Made by a program: the position numbers and the translations under genes | Assembly (NCBI GenBank): GCA_964016885.1 | Contig: OZ024740.1 | Span: forward strand, 115,196,001 to 115,260,000 | Length of the DNA: 64,000 bases | Direction of reading: 5' to 3' | Origin: Eledone cirrhosa | Lineage: Eukaryota | Notes under the pieces: model-generated | Told to the model about the DNA's origin: nothing | The model's input: only the letters and a program-made list of their open reading frames with translations | Databases searched by the model: none | In this document: one piece after another, positions 54,505-64,000 of the stretch | How the letters are laid out: every line of letters begins with the position of its first letter | Numbering within the stretch: position 1 is the stretch's first letter

Positions 54505-55933
54505 CTCTATGAGCCGGTGACGGTCGAGAATGGAGTCAAACAGGGTGACATTCCAGCTCCAACGCTCTTTGCTTTGTACTTCTCCATTGTATTCGAACAG
54601 GCCTTCGGGAACTGCAATCATGGTATATATGTTCGCTATCGATCAACTGGAAAGCTGTTTAATCAGGGGGTTCAATGCTAAGTCAAAAGTTCATTTGTCA
54701 CTAATCAGGGATTTGCTTTATGCAGATGACTGCGACCTGGTAGCGCACACGGAGATTGATATGCAGCATCTCATGGATGCATTTTTTATTGCGTGTACTG
54801 CATTGGGACTTACCATAAGCCTGAAAAAGACAGTAGCCATGTACCAACCAGCCCCTGGGAAGCCATGTTGTGAGCCCAACATCTTGGTTTATGGTGAAAG
54901 GCTAAGGGTCGTTGGCAGTTTTGTATATCTTGGAAGCACTCTGAGTATGTCCTGCGATCTTGATGGAGAAATATCAAACAGGATACAGAAACCCAGTGAT
55001 GCTTTTGGAAAACTGAACAAGCGTCTCTGGTCTCAACACGGAATTTCGGTAAAGACAAAGCTCAAAGTGAATCATGCGTGTGTGCTCGCGGCACTTCTTT
55101 ATGCTTGTGAGACGTGGGTGGTCTACCGTAGACTGATGAAATGACTTGAGAGGTTCCACCAGTACTGCTTACGTCGGATCCTCGGCATAACTTGGCAAAC
55201 GTTTGTCAGTGACGTCGAGGTTCTGGACAGAAGTGGCTATGATAGTGTCGATTCCTTGATGTTGAAACATCAGCTGCGCTGGACAGGCCATCTTGTAAGG
55301 ATGAATGACAAGCGAATGCCGAAGCAGCTGCTTTATGGCGAGCTCCAAATGGGAAAAAGGAACGCGAGCGTTTTAAGGACTGCATCAAGGGGGCGCTCAA
55401 GAAAAGTAACATTCCTTGTGAGCACTGGGAAGCATGCGCTAGCGACAGATCGCATTGGAGGAAAGCAGTGGCTAGTGGCAACAGTCTATTTGAGGAAACA
55501 AGAAGACACGCGACACTAAAAAGAGATGTCCGGAAAGGAATCCATGTTGGCCTTCCCGAAGGCAATGACGGACGGCCTGACATGTGAGACCTGTAATAGG
55601 GTTTGTCTGAGCATGGCAGGTCTAAAGAGTCACCTGAGAGTGCACAAGTACAGGGAAGCAGGCACCTGTGGAGCTATAAGTGTTCATCAGACGACATGTA
55701 ATGTTTGTGGAAGGGTATGCAGGTCGAGTGATGATCTCACACGACACCTTGGGTCACATAATAACATGGGCCCAGCGCTAGGTGTCAATAATTGTCACAA
55801 GTGTTGTGTTTGTACCAGAGTTTTCAAGTCGCTGGTTGGACTAAAAAGCCACACTCGTTCAGCGCATCGGTAGGGGTTCTCCTACATGGATATAAAGTAG
55901 TGGCCGTACTCGAAAACGAGTTGGCAGCCACCA
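54505..55933 (+). mobile_element. RTE/BovB-type LINE, 5'-truncated, with three C-terminal C2H2 fingers
   Basis: GVKQGDIPAPTLF, LLYADD, FVYLGSTL, LLYACETW, LRWTGHLVRM..PKQLLYGEL. Three CxxC..HxxxH motifs at 55583-55866. Confidence 0.9.
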
Positions 55934-55976
55934 TGTCTGTATACATGTATGTGCATATGTATGTATGTATATATAT

Positions 55977-56386
55977 GGGAGAGATGACCCCTTAGCCTTT
56001 GTCAAGGCAGAATTCTAGGAGAAGGAAAACTCTGATATAACACCTGCAACCCTGATGGTATCCAATGATGTTGACTTGTTCTTCTTTTTGGTAAATATCA
56101 TCTTGGTTAAGAGAGTGGGACTGGCTTTGTGCAGTGCCTTTGCTCACTATAAAAGCTTCACGGCACAGGCATTGCTTTATATCTGGAGATCTCTCTGCAC
56201 TTGTCGTCACATGGTACCATGGGCCCAGCACTATGTGTCAATCATTGTCACAAGTGTAGTGTTTGTAACAGAGTTTTTAAGTCGCTGGCTGGACTAAAAA
56301 GTCACACTCGTTCAGCGCATCGGTAGGGGTTCTCCTACATGGATATAAAGTAGTGGCCGTACTCGAAAACGAGTTGGCAGCCACCA
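55977..56386 (+). mobile_element. Short non-autonomous RTE-derived retroelement, copy 2
   Basis: Near-identical to 335-740. (TATG)-like tail. Confidence 0.82.
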
Positions 56387-56564
56387 TGTATATATATACA
56401 TACGTATGTATGAATGCACATATGCATGTATGTATGAATGCATATATGTATGTATGTTTGAATGCATGTGGCTTGTGTTGTGAAGATAATGGTTTCCTGA
56501 ACAGTACTAACAATTATCTTTGATGTTGCCGACATTCTGACTACTCCAATCATCAAGGTCGTTG

Positions 56565-56609
<45 letters not shown>

Positions 56610-56648
56610 CTATTACCAGTGAGATCATCATCATCATCATCATCATCC

Positions 56649-56713
<65 letters not shown>

Positions 56714-56935
56714 TCATCAGTATCATCATCATCATTATCATCTTCATCATCACAATCATCAAAACCATCATCATCATCATTATCATCATCACCATCACCA
56801 TCACTATTACCAGTATCATCATCATCCTCATCATCATCCTCATCATCATTATCACATTCCTCATCACAATCATCTAAATCATCATCGTCATCACCATCAT
56901 CATATCATCATCGTCATGATGATCATAATCATGAG
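56565..56935. repeat. (CAT)n repeat
   Basis: Direct reading. Confidence 0.92.
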
Positions 56936-56959
56936 ATGATTATGATGGATTCGATAATA

Positions 56960-57075
56960 GTTTCTAGTTTTGGCACAAGGCAAGCAAATTACTCAGTACA
57001 TTACTGGTACTTTATTTTATCGACCCCGTAAGGATGAAAGGCAAAGTTAACCTCGGCGGGATTTGAACTCAGATC
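56960..57075 (-). mobile_element. SINE, 3' part
   Basis: Reverse complement of the SINE core and tail. Confidence 0.85.
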
Positions 57076-57568
57076 ATATGATGGATACGATAATGATGAA
57101 GTAGAAGAGGTCTACGACAATGGTGACTTGTGTGCTACTAACTGGTATAATGACACTAGTAGCCTCAACAGGAACAACATTTCAAAGGCCAAAACAAGAA
57201 GTTTGAATGTAATCTCACAACCTGCTAGAAATAGCAGTTAAATATCCATGAAATCACACACTGTCGCCTGAAAATGAGTATAATCTAGAGGTGGGTTGAG
57301 CAAAATTAGAATGTCTTTCACCTTTTTTTCTTTATCTTGCGTATGAGACTGTTGTTGTCTCAGGCTGTTGTCTTTCATCTAATCGAGATGAGAGATCAGT
57401 GATCAGATTCCTCGGCCCACCAGGAAACGGTCGACAACGAGCTCAAAACTATCTGCTCGATCATGACTCTCCAAGGGTTAAAAAACGACAACAATAACAA
57501 TTCCAGAAACTGCATTGTGGGAAGATTGTGTACTACTACTTCTCTTCCTCCTACTACTACTGCTTCTG

Positions 57569-57624
<56 letters not shown>

Positions 57625-57656
57625 GCTACTGCTCTGCTGCTGCTGCTGCTACTGAT

Positions 57657-60600
57657 GTATACAGATATATACAGATATATACAGATATATACAGATAGAT
57701 ACAGATAGATACAGATAGATACAGATATATACAGATATATACAGATATATACAGATATATACAGATATATACAGGTATATACAGATATATACAGATAGAT
57801 ACAGATAGATACAGATAGATACAGATATATACAGATATATACAGATATATACAGATAGATACAGATATATACAGATATATACAGATAGATACAGATATAT
57901 ACAGATATATATAGATATATACAGATATATACAGATATATATAGATATATACAGATATATACAGATATATACAGATATATATAGATATATATAGATATAT
58001 ACAGATATATACAGATATATACAGATATATACAGATATATACAGATATATACAGATATATACAGATATATACAGATATGTACAGATATATACAGATATAT
58101 ACAGATATATACAGATAGATACAGATATATACAGATATATACAAATATATACAGATATATACAGATATATACAGATATATACAGATATATACAGATATAT
58201 ACAGATATATACAGATAGATACAGGTATATACAGATATATACAGATAGATACAGGTATATACAGATATATACAGATAGATACAGATAGATACAGATAGAT
58301 ACAGGTATATACAGGTATATACAGATAGATACAGGTATATACAGATATATACAGATATATACAGATATATACAGATATATACAGATATATACAGATATAT
58401 ACAGATATATACAGATAGATACAGATAGATACAGATAGATACAGATATATACAGATATATACAGATATATACAGATATATATAGATATATACAGATATAT
58501 ACAGATATATACAGATATATACAGATATATACAGATATATACAGATATATATAGATATATACAGATATATACAGATATATATAGATATATACAGATATAT
58601 ACAGATATATACAGATATATATAGATATATACAGATATATACAGATATATATAGATATATACAGATATATACAGATAGATACAGGTATATACAGATATAT
58701 ACAGATAGATACAGATAGATACAGATAGATACAGATAGATACAGGTATATACAGGTATATACAGATAGATACAGGTATATACAGATATATACAGATATAT
58801 ACAGATATATACAGATATATACAGATATATACAGATATATACAGATATATACAGATAGATACAGATAGATACAGATAGATACAGATATATACAGATATAT
58901 ACAGATATATACAGATATATATAGATATATACAGATATATACAGATATATACAGATATATACAGATATATACAGATATATACAGATATATATAGATATAT
59001 ACAGATATATACAGATATATATAGATATATACAGATATATACAGATATATACAGATATATATAGATATATACAGATATATACAGATATATATAGATATAT
59101 ACAGATATATACAGATATATACAGATATATACAGATATATACAGATATATACAGATAGATACAGATAGATACAGATATATACAGATAGATACAGATAGAT
59201 ACAGATATATACAGATATATACAGATATATACAGATATATACAGATATATACAGATATATACAGATATATACAGATAGATACAGATATATACAGATATAT
59301 ACAGATATATACAGATATATACAGATATATACAGATAGATACAGATATATACAGATATATACAGGTATATACAGATATATACAGATATATACAGATATAT
59401 ACAGATATATACAGATATATACAGATATATACAGATATATTACAGATATATACAGGTATATACAGATATATACAGATATATTACAGATATATACAGATAT
59501 ATACAGATATATACAGATATATACAGATAGATATAGATAGATACAGATATATACAGATATATACAGATATATACAGATAGATACAGATATATACAGATAT
59601 ATACAGGTATATACATATATATACAGATATATTACAGATATATACAGATATATACAGATATATACAGATATATACAGATATATACAGATATATACAGATA
59701 TATACAGATATATTACAGATATATACAGGTATATACAGATATATACAGATATATTACAGATATATACAGATATATACAGATATATACAGATATATACAGA
59801 TAGATATAGATAGATACAGATATATACAGATATATACAGATATATACAGATAGATACAGATATATACAGATATATACAGATAGATACAGGTATATACAGA
59901 TATATACAGATATATACAGATATATACAGATAGATACAGATAGATACAGATATATACAGATAGATACAGGTATATACAGATATATACAGATAGATACAGA
60001 TAGATACAGATAGATACAGGTATATACAGATAGATACAGATAGATACAGATATATACAGATAGATACAGATAGATACAGATAGATACAGGTATATACAGA
60101 TAGATACAGATAGATACAGGTATATACAGATATATACAGATATATACAGATATATACAGATAGATAGAGATAGATACAGATATATACAGATATATACAGA
60201 TATATACAGATAGATACAGATATATACAGATATATACAGATATATACAGATAGATACAGGTATATACAGATAGATACAGATAGATACAGATAGATACAGA
60301 TATATACAGATATATACAGGTATATACAGATATATACAGATATATACAGATAGATACAGATATATACAGATATATACAGATATATACAGATATATACAGA
60401 TATATACAGATATATACAGATAGATACAGATAGATACAGATATATATAGATATATACAGGTATATACAGATATATACAGGTTTATACAGATAGATACAGA
60501 TAGATACAGGTATATACAGATAGATACAGATAGATACAGATATATACAGATATATACAGATATATACAGATATATACAGATATATACAGATATATACAGA

Positions 60601-60709
60601 TATATACAGATATATACAGATATATACAGATAGATACAGATAGATACAGATATATATAGATATATACAGGTATATACAGATATATACAGGTTTATACAGA
60701 TATATACAC
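57657..60709. repeat. 10-bp tandem satellite (ACAGATATAT and variants), ~300 units
   Basis: Direct reading. Variants include ACAGATAGAT, ACAGGTATAT and ATAGATATAT. Confidence 0.97.
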
Positions 60710-60759
60710 AATGTATACTATTGAGTCTATACATAAAGAGACTCATTAACTGCTTAATG

Positions 60760-61062
60760 TACACAACCACAAGGGTATGGTCCGAACGTGGAAGAGCCGA
60801 ACTCCCACTGTCATCGCCTCCATCTCTCTTACCCTCCCTATCTCTCTGTATGGTGAGCAAATGGGGTCCTACGCGCTGGCCTCCACACAGCCCCGGAGGA
60901 TAGAATGGAGAATTCGTTTCCCCGGAGGATGGTAAGGGAGATGCGCTGGAAGAGCCATTCCAGCTCGCGAGGCTCACACCTTCGGCTGGCCAGCTCAGCG
61001 TCTATGGTGCTGAGTAGGGAGGTAGCCCTAGAGCCAAGGACACCAGAAGTCTCCACTGTCAA
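60760..61062 (-). mobile_element. CRE-type (REL) LINE 3' remnant
   Basis: VETSGVLGSRATSLL..WLFQRISLTILRGNEFSIL. Confidence 0.75.
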
Positions 61063-61097
61063 GATCAATGGTACTACTGCTACAGTGCTCTTCTATT

Positions 61098-61280
61098 GCG
61101 GTGAATTGGCAGTATCGGTAGAGGGTCGGACGCCATGCTTTCCAACATAGTTACGTCCCTTTACGGTCTGAGTTCAAATCCCGTCGAGGTTAACTTTTCC
61201 TTTCATCCTTACGGGGTCGATAAAATAAAGTACCAGTAATGTACTGGTTAATTGCTGGCCTTCTGCCAAAAGTAGAAACA
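61098..61280 (+). mobile_element. tRNA-derived SINE, full length
   Basis: A and B boxes, family core and tail. Confidence 0.92.
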
Positions 61281-61826
61281 TCTCTTACTACTGCCATCAT
61301 CTCTACTACTACAAACCCCACCCCACCAACATCATTGGTGCTACTGCTACCGTAACTCTTCCCACAACTCCAACAACAACTACAAACAACATTACTACTA
61401 TTACCACCACCACTACCACTACTTCTGCTATTACTATTTGCTACACACAGCTTGGTGTTTGTAATAAAACGTTTTTATGGCGTCGATCGTGAAATATATC
61501 CAATATAGCCATTACTGGAGAAGGCCGTGTCCTATATTGTACTGTATAGCAATGTATAGCAATGTATCACAACACACAGGCTATAAATTATTTCAATGAA
61601 AGTCATAAATGAATTTGGTTCAAATTAATGGACCAATATTTTTAAATATTGTGTGTGTGTGTGTGTGTGTGCGTGTGTGTGTGCATATATATGTATATAT
61701 GTGTGTATGTATATATACATATGTGTATATATACATATATGTATATATGCCAACACAAGAGCAAGAATGACGAGGTTATTCTACTCACATGGCTTAAGAA
61801 CCTGTTTGCATAATTGCAAATGAATC

Positions 61827-61918
61827 GTTGCCTTTCATCCTTACAGGTTCGATAAAATAAAGTACCAGTAATACACTGGGTAATTGCTGGCCTTGTGCCA
61901 AAAGTAGAAACAATTATT
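61827..61918 (+). mobile_element. SINE, 3' fragment
   Basis: TTGCCTTTCATCCTTAC..GTAGAAACAATTATTA. Confidence 0.85.
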
Positions 61919-61982
61919 AATATTCAAAAGATTCAGATTTTCATTTCTTGTATTCAACCATGTAAAGCGACAAAACTATTTG

Positions 61983-62029
<47 letters not shown>

Positions 62030-62157
62030 AAAGTTTTATTTAAAATTGTTGGGTTACAACAAGTAAATATTTTATAACTGATATAAAGCACTCGACAAGT
62101 TTTGGGAGTAGATATACGATATTAAACAAATGGAAACTATATTTATAAAACCATATT

Positions 62158-62223
62158 TATTTCATTATACATATTTCAGGGATACCATATTAAAAAAAAA
62201 GCATGCCTTCGTCAGATAAAATA
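62158..62223 (-). ncRNA. Hammerhead motif, mini-foldback left arm
   Basis: CTGACGA..GAAA TATGTA TA on the minus strand. Stem II is partly eroded. Confidence 0.7.
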
Positions 62224-62371
62224 CAATATATAAACAGTTATATAAATAATTTTGACGTACCATAAATATAAGCGACCATTAAGGTAGGAAGCTGGCTTGG
62301 TAGCTTCCTACCTTAATGGTCGCTTATATTTATGGTACGTCAAAATTATTTATATAACTGTTTATATATTG

Positions 62372-62437
62372 TATTTTATCTGACGAAGGCATGCCATATT
62401 TTTAATATGGTATCCCTGAAATATGTATAATGAAATA
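62372..62437 (+). ncRNA. Hammerhead motif, mini-foldback right arm
   Basis: TATTTTAT/ATGAAATA stem I; CTGACGA 62380-86; 13 of 14 positions paired in stem II; GAAA 62418-21; TATGTA; TA. Confidence 0.82.
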
Positions 62438-62477
62438 AATATGGTTTTATGAATATAGTTTCCATTTGTTTAATATC

Positions 62478-62533
<56 letters not shown>

Positions 62534-62544
62534 GTACAATAGTG

Positions 62545-62694
62545 ACATAAACAGATACTCAAGTTTCGTTGGGTTCTGGGCCCCAATTCGTTCAGCCTGT
62601 CATGAGAAAAATAAAAAACACTGTTTTTTTTTCTCATCACACAGTGAACGTAATGGGGCCCAGAATCCAACGAAACTTGATTACCTGTTTATGT
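62545..62694. repeat. ~150-bp imperfect foldback with a hammerhead-like motif in the arms
   Basis: ACATAAACAG..CAAGTTTCGTTGGGTTCTGGGCCCCA versus TGGGGCCCAGAATCCAACGAAACTTG..CTGTTTATGT. Confidence 0.85.
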
Positions 62695-62872
62695 AAATGT
62701 TTTAATTATTTATACTAAACTCGTCCTGTAGACTGAGTCCTCTTACTCTTGGATATTTCCACTTAACTGTATAACCAAAATTAAATTAAGGATGTCATGT
62801 TTGAGAAACATGCGCGATACCGCCTGAAGAATATATATATTTATTTATACCCTAATATATATATGTGTGTGT

Positions 62873-62931
<59 letters not shown>

Positions 62932-63370
62932 AATTAATTTGTGCGCTAAGCATCCGAAATATATGAGAAAGTTATATCTGTATGGATACAGAATTGAGGT
63001 AAATGCGTAAATGTGTATATAAATTTACGCATTTTTAGTATATAAACATGTAAACATGCCAAATGTAGCTATTTCCTTGTAAATTGAAAACAATGACAGA
63101 TATCTTGAATCCTAGTTGTGTTTCTCATCAGAAAGTATATATAACATATAAATAACCACGAGAATATCTAACCGGGGATTATATACTCTATAACTTATAG
63201 ACTAAATAATCTAATGTCTGTGATGATAGTTGATTAAGATATGTATTAAGTTGTGCGCTAAGTAGCCGACGCCTATAATAAAGTTAAAGAGAAATAGGTA
63301 CATTTGTTTTGTCTGCATGTCTAGAAACAAAAATATACAAATATCACTCTATCAATATATATACATACAA

Positions 63371-63420
<50 letters not shown>

Positions 63421-63458
63421 GGGTAAACATACACATGCACAGACTCGTTGACGCGCAC

Positions 63459-63491
<33 letters not shown>

Positions 63492-63492
63492 A

Positions 63493-63549
<57 letters not shown>

Positions 63550-64000
63550 GTTTTGTATGTGTCTGCATCTGTGTCTGTGTGTGTGTGCGTGCGCATAATA
63601 ATAATAATTAATTAAAACAAAACACGTGACGTACACAGTACAATGTATTTCATCAATGTAACGCTTCAATAAAATATATGAATGTTTTTTTTAACGTTTC
63701 GGTCTTCGTCAAAAAGAAAATATATTGTATAAGGAACAGCAGGAACATTCAAAAGAAGACGGAAGACGGTGGATAGAAAGGAATAGACGAAATAATAATA
63801 TTACGAGATTCAAATATGATCGGAAAATGGAAACAGATATAGAGAAATATGGAATCGGGTTAATGAAGGTGAACTAACAAGAGAGGTAAAGGGAACTAGA
63901 GACACAAGGCAGGAAAAACATAGAGTTAGTATGAGAGAGACTAAAGGAGAGACGATAACAGAGAAAATGAGAAACACAGAACTAGAAAAGTGTGTGAAAA

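Larger units (their letters stand above)
62027..62483. mobile_element. Non-coding mini-foldback derived from the termini of the 21364-28053 Penelope family
   Basis: Tail 62027-62111 matches 21364-21453. Arms 62112-62293 and 62302-62483 enclose an 8-nt loop. (TA)n on both sides. Confidence 0.9.

Noticed and set aside
59713-60977. 332-aa and 407-aa ORFs
   Set aside because: Translations of the 10-bp satellite.
63060-63135. CTGATGA..GAAATAGCTA on the minus strand
   Set aside because: No U at the cleavage triplet and no convincing stem I.

Overview
A eukaryotic, repeat-saturated window with no recognisable host gene. The SINE family and microsatellite load suggest a cephalopod (octopus-like) genome; this is inference. 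It contains microsatellites, G/T-rich minisatellites, a 3-kb 10-bp satellite, about 12 copies of a tRNA-headed SINE, Tx1/L1 LINEs, R4/Dong-type and CRE-type REL-endonuclease LINE remnants, RTE LINEs with a short derivative, and a non-autonomous Helitron. The main signal is a Penelope-like (RT + GIY-YIG, Naiad-like) element at 21364-28053 folded into a ~2.9-kb inverted repeat, with a minimal type I hammerhead ribozyme motif in each arm. A ~460-bp non-coding foldback at 62027-62483 has the same termini, tail asymmetry and hammerheads. Several other (TA)n-embedded foldbacks and variant hammerheads (U3-A8 core, core insertion, self-masked core) suggest a set of non-autonomous ribozyme-bearing 'mini-Penelope' foldback elements. 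All RNA structures were folded by eye and none was tested.
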